A DNA stretch of 64,000 bases from Auanema rhodensis (Eukaryota > Animalia > Nematoda): the NCBI GenBank assembly GCA_964057225.1, contig OZ059895.1:20398001-20462000 (forward strand), written 5' to 3'. Below are positions 1-12,100 of this stretch, piece by piece; the stretch's first letter is position 1, and each line of letters starts with the position of its first letter. Under the pieces are notes generated by a model, which did not search any database, had not been told where the DNA came from, and saw only the letters and a program-made list of their open reading frames with translations. The position numbers and the translations under genes were made by a program.

Positions 1-144
1 TTTCACCCTGAAGAATTAATTTTTTCGTTGAATAACATCGTCCATCGTCTTCGCCTTGAAAAAAGGAATCTAAAAACATCTACTTTTTGCTAAATTATTT
101 TGAAATTTTTCGAAAAAATTTTTGTCAAAATGTTTTTGGAAGCA

Positions 145-172
145 ATGTTGAGTGTACATGGAAACTCAACAT
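145..172. repeat. Inverted repeat in the SatA monomer (9-bp stem, 10-nt loop); first copy shown
   Basis: atgttgagt (145-153) and actcaacat (164-172) are exact reverse complements. Confidence 0.9.
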
Positions 173-255
173 ACACTAATGCATCATTTTTCAAACGATC
201 ATAACTAATTTTTGTATTAAGTGTTTCTCAATGTAGTATAGTGCATTCGATGCGG

Positions 256-306
256 ATTTTTAAGCTGCGTCGATCTGTGTTATCAGATTTGCGCTAGCTT
301 AAAAAT
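256..306. repeat. Long imperfect inverted repeat in the SatA monomer; first copy shown
   Basis: atttttaagct (256-266) pairs with agcttaaaaat (296-306). The inner gcgtcgatctg/cagatttgcgc pair closes a 6-nt loop, tgttat. Confidence 0.9.
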
Positions 307-323
307 GCACCGAGATATCAACT

Positions 324-345
324 GATATAAGTTCTTACTTATATC
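324..345. repeat. Inverted repeat in the SatA monomer (9-bp stem, 4-nt loop); first copy shown
   Basis: gatataagt (324-332) and acttatatc (337-345) are exact reverse complements. Confidence 0.9.
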
Positions 346-1755
346 CTCGATTTTCACCCTGAAGAATTAATTTTTTCGTTGAATAACAATGTCCATCGTC
401 TTCGCCTTGAAAAAAGGAATCTAAAAACATCTACTTTTTGCTAAATTATTTTGAAATTTTTCGAAAAAATTTTTGTCAAAATGTTTTTGGAAGCAATGTT
501 GAGTGTACATGAAAACTCAACATACACTAATGCATCATTTTTCAAACGATCATAACTAATTTTTGTATTAAGCGTTTCTCAATGTAGTATAGTGCATTCG
601 ATGCGGATTTTTAAGCTGCGTCGATCTGTGTTATCAGATTTGCGCTAGCTTAAAAATGCACCGAGATATCAACTGATATAAGTTTACACTTATATCCTCG
701 ATTTTCACCCTGAAGAATTAATTTTTTCGTTGAATAACAATGTCCATCGTCTTCGCCTTGAAAAAAGGAATCTAAAAACATCTACTTTTTGCTAAATTAT
801 TTTGAAATTTTTCGAAAAAATTTTTGTCAAAATGTTTTTGGAAGCAATGTTGAGTGTACATGGAAACTCAACATACACTAATGCATCATTTTTCAAACGA
901 TCATAACTAATTTTTGTATTAAGCGTTTCTCAATGTAGTATAGTGCATTCGATGCGGATTTTTAAGCTGCGTCGATCTGTGTTATCAGATTTGCGCTAGC
1001 TTAAAAATGCACCGAGATATCAACTGATATAAGTTCACACTTATATCCTCGATTTTCACCCTGAAGAATTAATTTTTTCGTTGAATAACAATGTCCATCG
1101 TCTTCGCCTTGAAAAAAGGAATCTAAAAACATCTACTTTTCGCTAAATTATTTTGAAATTTTTCGAAAAAATTTTTGTCAAAATGTTTTTGGAAGCAATG
1201 TTGAGTGTACATGGAAACTCAACATACACTAATGCATCATTTTTCAAACGATCATAACTAATTTTTGTATTAAGCGTTTCTCAATGTAGTATAGTGCATT
1301 CGATGCGGATTTTTAAGCTGCGTCGATCTGTGTTATCAGATTTGCGCTAGCTTAAAAATGCACCGAGATATCAACTGATATAAGTTCACACTTATATCCT
1401 CGATTTTCACCCTGAAGAATTAATTTTTTCGTTGAATAACAATGTCCATCGTCTTTGCCTTGAAAAAAGGAATCTCAAAACATCTACTTTTTGCTAAATT
1501 ATTCTGAAATTTTTCGAAAAAATTTTTGTCAAAATGTTTTTGGAAGCAATGTTGAGTGTACATGGTAACTCAACATACACTAATGCATCATTTTTCAAAC
1601 GATCATAACTAATTTTTGTATTAAGCGTTTCTCAATGTAGTATAGTGCATTCGATGCGGATTTTTAAGCTGCGTCGATCTGTGTTATCAGATTTGCGCTA
1701 GCTTAAAAATGCACCGAGATATCAACTGATATAAGTTCACACTTATATCCTCGAT

Positions 1756-4700
1756 TTTCACCCTGAAGAATTAATTTTTTCGTTGAATAACATTGTCCAT
1801 CGTCTTTGCCTTGAAAAAAAAAATCTGAAAACATCTACTTTTTGCTAAATTATTTTGAAATTTTTCGAAAAAATTTTTGTCAAAATGTTTTTGGAAGCAA
1901 TGTTGAGTGTACATGGAAACTCAACATACACTAATGCATCATTTTTCAAACGATCATAACTAATTTTTGTATTGAGCGTTTCTCAATGTAGTATAGTGCA
2001 TTCGATGCGGATTTTTAAGCTGCGTCGATCTGTGTTATCAGATTTGCGCTAGCTTAAAAATGCACCGAGATATCAACTGATATAAGTTCACACTTATATC
2101 CTCGATTTTCACCCTGAAGAATTAATTTTTTCGTTGAATAACAATGTCCATCGTCTTCGCCTTGAAAAAAGGAATCTAAAAACATCTACTTTTCGCTAAA
2201 TTATTTTGAAATTTTTCGAAAAAATTTTTGTCAAAATGTTTTTGGAAGCAATGTTGAGTGTACATGGAAACTCAACATACACTAATGCATCATTTTTCAA
2301 ACGATCATAACTAATTTTTGTATTAAGCGTTTCTCAATGTAGTATAGTGAATTCGATGCGGATTTTTAAGCTGCGTCGATCTGTGTTATCAGATTTGCGC
2401 TAGCTTAAAAATGCACCGAGATATCAACTGATATAAGTTCACACTTATATCCTCGATTTTCACCCTGAAGAATTAATTTTTTCGTTGAATAACATTGTCC
2501 ATCGTCTTTGCCTTGAAAAAAAAAATCTGAAAACATCTACTTTTTGCTAAATTATTTTGAAATTTTTCGAAAAAATTTTTGTCAAAATGTTTTTGGAAGC
2601 AATGTTGAGTGTACATGGAAACTCAACATACACTAATGCATCATTTTTCAAACGATCATAACTAATTTTTGTATTAAGCGTTTCTCAATGTAGTATAGTG
2701 CATTCGATGCGGATTTTTAAGCTGCGTCGATCTGTGTTATCAGATTTGCGCTAGCTTAAAAATGCACCGAGATATCAACTGATATAAGTTCACACTTATA
2801 TCCTCGATTTTCACCCTGAAGAATTAATTTTTTCGTTGAATAACAATGTCCATCGTCTTCGCCTTGAAAAAAGGAATCTAAAAACATCTACTTTTCGCTA
2901 AATTATTTTGAAATTTTTCGAAAAAATTTTTGTCAAAATGTTTTTGGAAGCAATGTTGAGTGTACATGGAAACTCAACATACACTAATGCATCATTTTTC
3001 AAACGATCATAACTAATTTTTGTATTAAGCGTTTCTCAATGTAGTATAGTGAATTCGATGCGGATTTTTAAGCTGCGTCGATCTGTGTTATCAGATTTGC
3101 GCTAGCTTAAAAATGCACCGAGATATCAACTGATATAAGTTCACACTTATATCCTCGATTTTCACCCTGAAGAATTAATTTTTTCGTTGAATAACATTGT
3201 CCATCGTCTTTGCCTTGAAAAAAAAAATCTGAAAACATCTACTTTTTGCTAAATTATTTTGAAATTTTTCGAAAAAATTTTTGTCAAAATGTTTTTGGAA
3301 GCAATGTTGAGTGTACATGGAAACTCAACATACACTAATGCATCATTTTTCAAACGATCATAACTAATTTTTGTATTAAGCGTTTCTCAATGTAGTATAG
3401 TGCATTCGATGCGGATTTTTAAGCTGCGTCGATCTGTGTTATCAGATTTGCGCTAGCTTAAAAATGCACCGAGATATCAACTGATATAAGTTCACACTTA
3501 TATCCTCGATTTTCACCCTGAAGAATTAATTTTTTCGTTGAATAACAATGTCCATCGTCTTCGCCTTGAAAAAAGGAATCTAAAAACATCTACGTTTCGC
3601 TAAATTATTTTGAAATTTTTCGAAAAAATTTTTGTCAAAATGTTTTTGGAAGCAATGTTGAGTGTACATGGAAACTCAACATACACTAATGCATCATTTT
3701 TCAAACGATCATAACTAATTTTTGTATTAAGCGTTTCTCAATGTAGTATAGTGAATTCGATGCGGATTTTTAAGCTGCGTCGATCTGTGTTATCAGATTT
3801 GCGCTAGCTTAAAAATGCACCGAGATATCAACTGATATAAGTTCACACTTATATCCTCGATTTTCACCCTGAAGAATTAATTTTTTCGTTGAATAACATT
3901 GTCCATCGTCTTTGCCTTGAAAAAAAAAATCTGAAAACATCTACTTTTTGCTAAATTATTTTGAAATTTTTCGAAAAAATTTTTGTCAAAATGTTTTTGG
4001 AAGCAATGTTGAGTGTACATGGAAACTCAACATACACTAATGCATCATTTTTCAAACGATCATAACTAATTTTTGTATTAAGCGTTTCTCAATGTAGTAT
4101 AGTGCATTCGATGCGGATTTTTAAGCTGCGTCGATCTGTGTTATCAGATTTGCGCTAGCTTAAAAATGCACCGAGATATCAACTGATATAAGTTCACACT
4201 TATATCCTCGATTTTCACCCTGAAGAATTAATTTTTTCGTTGAATAACAATGTCCATCATCTTTGCCTTGAAAAAAGGAATCTAAAAACATCTACTTTTT
4301 GCTAAATTATTCTGAAATTTTTCGAAAAAATTTTTGTCAAAATGTTTTTGGAAGCAATGTTGAGTGTACATGGAAACTCAACATACACTAATGCATCATT
4401 TTTCAAACGATCATAACTAATTTTTGTATTAAGCGTTTCTCAATGTAGTATAGTGCATTCGATGCGGATTTTTAAGCTGCGTCGATCTGTGTTATCAGAT
4501 TTGCGCTAGCTTAAAAATGCACCGAGATATCAACTGATATAAGTTCACACTTATATCCTCGATTTTCACCCTGAAGAATTAATTTTTTCGTTGAATAACA
4601 ATGTCCATCGTCTTTGCCTTGAAAAAAGGAATCTAAAAACATCTACTTTTTGCTAAATTATTCTGAAATTTTTCGAAAAAATTTTTGTCAAAATGTTTTT

Positions 4701-7700
4701 GGAAGCAATGTTGAGTGTACATGGAAACTCAACATACACTAATGCATCATTTTTCAAACGATCATAACTAATTTTTGTATTAAGCGTTTCTCAATGTAGT
4801 ATAGTGCATTCGATGCGGATTTTTAAGCTGCGTCGATCTGTGTTATCAGATTTGCGCTAGCTTAAAAATGCACCGAGATATCAACTGATATAAGTTCACA
4901 CTTATATCCTCGATTTTCACCCTGAAGAATTAATTTTTTCGTTGAATAACATTGTCCATCGTCTTTGCCTTGAAAAAAAAAATCTGAAAACATCTACTTT
5001 TTGCTAAATTATTTTGAAATTTTTCGAAAAAATTTTTGTCAAAATGTTTTTGGAAGCAATGTTGAGTGTACATGGAAACTCAACATACACTAATGCATCA
5101 TTTTTCAAACGATCATAACTAATTTTTGTATTAAGCGTTTCTCAATGTAGTATAGTGCATTCGATGCGGATTTTTAAGCTGCGTCGATCTGTGTTATCAG
5201 ATTTGCGCTAGCTTAAAAATGCACCGAGATATCAACTGATATAAGTTCACACTTATATCCTCGATTTTCACCCTGAAGAATTAATTTTTTCGTTGAATAA
5301 CAATGTCCATCGTCTTCGCCTTGAAAAAAGGAATCTAAAAACATCTACTTTTCGCTAAATTATTTTGAAATTTTTCGAAAAAATTTTTGTCAAAATGTTT
5401 TTGGAAGCAATGTTGAGTGTACATGGAAACTCAACATACACTAATGCATCATTTTTCAAACGATCATAACTAATTTTTGTATTAAGCGTTTCTCAATGTA
5501 GTATAGTGAATTCGATGCGGATTTTTAAGCTGCGTCGATCTGTGTTATCAGATTTGCGCTAGCTTAAAAATGCACCGAGATATCAACTGATATAAGTTCA
5601 CACTTATATCCTCGATTTTCACCCTGAAGAATTAATTTTTTCGTTGAATAACATTGTCCATCGTCTTTGCCTTGAAAAAAAAAATCTGAAAACATCTACT
5701 TTTTGCTAAATTATTTTGAAATTTTTCGAAAAAATTTTTGTCAAAATGTTTTTGGAAGCAATGTTGAGTGTACATGGAAACTCAACATACACTAATGCAT
5801 CATTTTTCAAACGATCATAACTAATTTTTGTATTAAGCGTTTCTCAATGTAGTATAGTGCATTCGATGCGGATTTTTAAGCTGCGTCGATCTGTGTTATC
5901 AGATTTGCGCTAGCTTAAAAATGCACCGAGATATCAACTGATATAAGTTCACACTTATATCCTCGATTTTCACCCTGAAGAATTAATTTTTTCGTTGAAT
6001 AACAATGTCCATCGTCTTTGCCTTGAAAAAAGGAATCTAAAAACATCTACTTTTTGCTAAATTATTCTGAAATTTTTCGAAAAAATTTTTGTCAAAATGT
6101 TTTTGGAAGCAATGTTGAGTGTACATGGAAACTCTACATACACTAATGCATCATTTTTCAAACGATCATAACTAATTTTTGTATTAAGCGTTTCTCAATG
6201 TAGTATAGTGCATTCGATGCGGATTTTTAAGCTGCGTCGATCTGTGTTATCAGATTTGCGCTAGCTTAAAAATGCACCGAGATATCAACTGATATAAGTT
6301 CACACTTATATCCTCGATTTTCACCCTGAAGAATTAATTTTTTCGTTGAATAACAATGTCCATCGTCTTTGCCTTGAAAAAAGGAATCTAAAAACATCTA
6401 CTTTTTGCTAAATTATTCTGAAATTTTTCGAAAAAATTTTTGTCAAAATGTTTTTGGAAGCAATGTTGAGTGTACATGGAAACTCAACATACACTAATGC
6501 ATCATTTTTCAAACGATCATAACTAATTTTTGTATTAAGCGTTTCTCAATGTAGTATAGTGCATTCGATGCGGATTTTTAAGCTGCGTCGATCTGTGTTA
6601 TCAGATTTGCGCTAGCTTAAAAATGCACCGAGATATCAACTGATATAAGTTCACACTTATATCCTCGATTTTCACCCTGAAGAATTAATTTTTTCGTTGA
6701 ATAACATTGTCCATCGTCTTTGCCTTGAAAAAAAAAATCTGAAAACATCTACTTTTTGCTAAATTATTTTGAAATTTTTCGAAAAAATTTTTGTCAAAAT
6801 GTTTTTGGAAGCAATGTTGAGTGTACATGGAAACTCAACATACACTAATGCATCATTTTTCAAACGATCATAACTAATTTTTGTATTAAGCGTTTCTCAA
6901 TGTAGTATAGTGCATTCGATGCGGATTTTTAAGCTGCGTCGATCTGTGTTATCAGATTTGCGCTAGCTTAAAAATGCACCGAGATATCAACTGATATAAG
7001 TTCACACTTATATCCTCGATTTTCACCCTGAAGAATTAATTTTTTCGTTGAATAACAATGTCCATCGTCTTCGCCTTGAAAAAAGGAATCTAAAAACATC
7101 TACTTTTCGCTAAATTATTTTGAAATTTTTCGAAAAAATTTTTGTCAAAATGTTTTTGGAAGCAATGTTGAGTGTACATGGAAACTCAACATACACTAAT
7201 GCATCATTTTTCAAACGATCATAACTAATTTTTGTATTAAGCGTTTCTCAATGTAGTATAGTGAATTCGATGCGGATTTTTAAGCTGCGTCGATCTGTGT
7301 TATCAGATTTGCGCTAGCTTAAAAATGCACCGAGATATCAACTGATATAAGTTCACACTTATATCCTCGATTTTCACCCTGAAGAATTAATTTTTTCGTT
7401 GAATAACATTGTCCATCGTCTTTGCCTTGAAAAAAAAAATCTGAAAACATCTACTTTTTGCTAAATTATTTTGAAATTTTTCGAAAAAATTTTTGTCAAA
7501 ATGTTTTTGGAAGCAATGTTGAGTGTACATGGAAACTCAACATACACTAATGCATCATTTTTCAAACGATCATAACTAATTTTTGTATTAAGCGTTTCTC
7601 AATGTAGTATAGTGCATTCGATGCGGATTTTTAAGCTGCGTCGATCTGTGTTATCAGATTTGCGCTAGCTTAAAAATGCACCGAGATATCAACTGATATA

Positions 7701-9126
7701 AGTTCACACTTATATCCTCGATTTTCACCCTGAAGAATTAATTTTTTCGTTGAATAACAATGTCCATCGTCTTCGCCTTGAAAAAAGGAATCTAAAAACA
7801 TCTACTTTTCGCTAAATTATTTTGAAATTTTTCGAAAAAATTTTTGTCAAAATGTTTTTGGAAGCAATGTTGAGTGTACATGGAAACTCAACATACACTA
7901 ATGCATCATTTTTCAAACGATCATAACTAATTTTTGTATTAAGCGTTTCTCAATGTAGTATAGTGCATTCGATGCGGATTTTTAAGCTGCGTCGATCTGT
8001 GTTATCAGATTTGCGCTAGCTTAAAAATGCACCGAGATATCAACTGATATAAGTTCACACTTATATCCTCGATTTTCACCCTGAAGAATTAATTTTTTCG
8101 TTGAATAACAATGTCCATCGTCTTCGCCTTGAAAAAAGGAATCTAAAAACATCTACTTTTCGCTAAATTATTTTGAAATTTTTCGAAAAAATTTTTGTCA
8201 AAATGTTTTTGGAAGCAATGTTGAGTGTACATGGAAACTCAACATACACTAATGCATCATTTTTCAAACGATCATAACTAATTTTTGTATTAAGCGTTTC
8301 TCAATGTAGTATAGTGAATTCGATGCGGATTTTTAAGCTGCGTCGATCTGTGTTATCAGATTTGCGCTAGCTTAAAAATGCACCGAGATATCAACTGATA
8401 TAAGTTCACACTTATATCCTCGATTTTCACCCTGAAGAATTAATTTTTTCGTTGAATAACATTGTCCATCGTCTTTGCCTTGAAAAAAAAAATCTGAAAA
8501 CATCTACTTTTTGCTAAATTATTTTGAAATTTTTCGAAAAAATTTTTGTCAAAATGTTTTTGGAAGCAATGTTGAGTGTACATGGAAACTCAACATACAC
8601 TAATGCATCATTTTTCAAACGATCATAACTAATTTTTGTATTAAGCGTTTCTCAATGTAGTATAGTGCATTCGATGCGGATTTTTAAGCTGCGTCGATCT
8701 GTGTTATCAGATTTGCGCTAGCTTAAAAATGCACCGAGATATCAACTGATATAAGTTCACACTTATATCCTCGATTTTCACCCTGAAGAATTAATTTTTT
8801 CGTTGAATAACAATGTCCATCGTCTTCGCCTTGAAAAAAGGAATCTAAAAACATCTACTTTTCGCTAAATTATTTTGAAATTTTTCGAAAAAATTTTTGT
8901 CAAAATGTTTTTGGAAGCAATGTTGAGTGTACATGGAAACTCAACATACACTAATGCATCATTTTTCAAACGATCATAACTAATTTTTGTATTAAGCGTT
9001 TCTCAATGTAGTATAGTGAATTCGATGCGGATTTTTAAGCTGCGTCGATCTGTGTTATCAGATTTGCGCTAGCTTAAAAATGCACCGAGATATCAACTGA
9101 TATAAGTTCACACTTATATCCTCGAT
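1756..9126. repeat. SatA higher-order block: alternating X/Y dimer (702 bp) with a duplicated ZZXYX pentamer (1755 bp)
   Basis: Variant X (cattgtcc, tttgcc, gaaaaaaaaaatctg) alternates with variant Y (ttttcgc, gtgaattc) in monomers 6-12. Monomers 13-17 (4213-5967) and 18-22 (5968-7722) repeat the order Z,Z,X,Y,X, where Z carries tttgcc plus ttctga. Confidence 0.85.
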
Positions 9127-12100
9127 TTTCACCCTGAAGAATTAATTTTTTCGTTGAATAACAATGTCCATCGTCTTCGCCTTGAAAAAAGGAATCTAAA
9201 AACATCTACTTTTTGCTAAATTATTTTGAAATTTTTCGAAAAAATTTTTGTCAAAATGTTTTTGGAAGCAATGTTGAGTGTACATGGAAACTCAACATAC
9301 ACTAATGCATCATTTTTCGAACGATCATAACTAATTTTTGTATTAAGTGTTTCTCAATGTAGTATAGTGCATTCGATGCGGATTTTTAAGCTGCGTCGAT
9401 CTGTGTTATCAGATTTGCGCTAGCTTAAAAATGCACCGAGATATCAACTGATATAAGTTCACACTTATATCCTCGATTTTCACCCTGAAGAATTAATTTT
9501 TTCGTTGAATAACAATGTCCATCGTCTTCGCCTTGAAAAAAGGAATCTAAAAACATCTACTTTTTGCTAAATTATTTTGAAATTTTTCGAAAAAATTTTT
9601 GTCAAAATGTTTTTGGAAGCAATGTTGAGTGTACATGGAAACTCAACATACACTAATGCATCATTTTTCAAACGATCATAACTAATTTTTGTATTAAGCG
9701 TTTCTCAATGTAGTATAGTGCATTCGATGCGGATTTTTAAGCTGCGTCGATCTGTGTTATCAGATTTGCGCTAGCTTAAAAATGCACCGAGATATCAACT
9801 GATATAAGTTTACACTTATATCCTCGATTTTCACCCTGAAGAATTAATTTTTTCGTTGAATAACAATGTCCATCGTCTTCGCCTTGAAAAAAGGAATCTA
9901 AAAACATCTACTTTTTGCTAAATTATTTTGAAATTTTTCGAAAAAATTTTTGTCAAAATTTTTTTGGAAGCAATGTTGAGTGTACATGGAAACTCAACAT
10001 ACACTAATGCATCATTTTTCGAACGATCATAACTAATTTTTGTATTAAGCGTTTCTCAATGTAGTATAGTGCATTCGATGCGGATTTTTAAGCTGCGTCG
10101 ATCTGTGTTATCAGATTTGCGCTAGCTTAAAAATGCACCGAGATATCAACTGATATAAGTTCACACTTATATCCTCGATTTTCACCCTGAAGAATTAATT
10201 TTTTCGTTGAATAACATTGTCCATCGTCTTCGCCTTGAAAAAAGGAATCTAAAAACATCTACTTTTTGCTAAATTATTTTGAAATTTTTCGAAAAAATTT
10301 TTGTCAAAATGTTTTTGGAAGCAATGTTGAGTGTACATGGAAACTCAACATACACTAATGCATCATTTTTCAAACGATCATAACTAATTTTTGTATTAAG
10401 TGTTTCTCAATGTAGTATAGTGCATTCGATGCGGATTTTTAAGCTGCGTCGATCTGTGTTATCAGATTTGCGCTAGCTTAAAAATGCACCGAGATATCAA
10501 CTGATATAAGTTCACACTTATATCCTCGATTTTCACCCTGAAGAATTAATTTTTTCGTTGAATAACAATGTCCATCGTCTTCGCCTTGAAAAAAGGAATC
10601 TAAAAACATCTACTTTTTGCTAAATTATTTTGAAATTTTTCGAAAAAATTTTTGTCAAAATGTTTTTGGAAGCAATGTTGAGTGTACATGGAAACTCAAC
10701 ATACACTAATGCATCATTTTTCAAACGATCATAACTAATTTTTGTATTAAGCGTTTCTCAATGTAGTATAGTGCATTCGATGCGGATTTTTAAGCTGCGT
10801 CGATCTGTGTTATCAGATTTGCGCTAGCTTAAAAATGCACCGAGATATCAACTGATATAAGTTCACACTTATATCCTCGATTTTCACCCTGAAGAATTAA
10901 TTTTTTCGTTGAATAACAATGTCCATCGTCTTCGCCTTGAAAAAAGGAATCTAAAAACATCTACTTTTTGCTAAATTATTTTGAAATTTTTCGAAAAAAT
11001 TTTTGTCAAAATGTTTTTGGAAGCAATGTTGAGTGTACATGGAAACTCAACATACACTAATGCATCATTTTTCGAACGATCATAACTAATTTTTGTATTA
11101 AGCGTTTCTCAATGTAGTATAGTGCATTCGATGCGGATTTTTAAGCTGCGTCGATCTGTGTTATCAGATTTGCGCTAGCTTAAAAATGCACCGAGATATC
11201 AACTGATATAAGTTCACACTTATATCCTCGATTTTCACCCTGAAGAATTAATTTTTTCGTTGAATAACAATGTCCATCGTCTTCGCCTTGAAAAAAGGAA
11301 TCTAAAAACATCTACTTTTTGCTAAATTATTTTGAAATTTTTCGAAAAAATTTTTGTCAAAATGTTTTTGGAAGCAATGTTGAGTGTACATGGAAACTCA
11401 ACATACACTAATGCATCATTTTTCAAACGATCATAACTAATTTTTGTATTAAGCGTTTCTCAATGTAGTATAGTGCATTCGATGCGGATTTTTAAGCTGC
11501 GTCGATCTGTGTTATCAGATTTGCGCTAGCTTAAAAATGCACCGAGATATCAACTGATATAAGTTTACACTTATATCCTCGATTTTCACCCTGAAGAATC
11601 AATTTTTTCGTTGAATAACAATGTCCATCGTCTTCGCCTTGAAAAAAGGAATCTAAAAACGGCTACTTTTTGCTAAATTATTTTGAAATTTTTCGAAAAA
11701 ATTTTTGTCAAAATGTTTTTGGAAGCAATGTTGAGTGTACATGGAAACTCAACATACACTAATGCATCATTTTTCAAACGATCATAACTAATTTTTGTAT
11801 TAAGCGTTTCTCAATGTAGTATAGTGCATTCGATGCGGATTTTTAAGCTGCGTCGATCTGTGTTATCAGATTTGTGCTAGCTTAAAAATGCACCGAGATA
11901 TCAACTGATATAAGTTCACACTTATATCCTCGATTTTCACCCTGAAGAATTAATTTTTTCGTTGAATAACAATGTCCATCGTCTTTGCCTTGAAAAAAGG
12001 AATCTAAAAACATCTACTTTTTGCTAAATTATTCTGAAATTTTTCGAAAAAATTTTTGTCAAAATGTTTTTGGAAGCAATGTTGAGTGTACATGGAAACT

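Noticed and set aside
24-40. Canonical CENP-B box in SatA or SatB
   Set aside because: Only TTCG-N4-A matches; the essential CGGG half is missing.
1-351. SatA as a diverged dimer of ~175-bp subunits
   Set aside because: Only a weak resemblance is visible (ttttca...taattttt...caatgt at an offset of ~187), not enough to support without a formal self-alignment.
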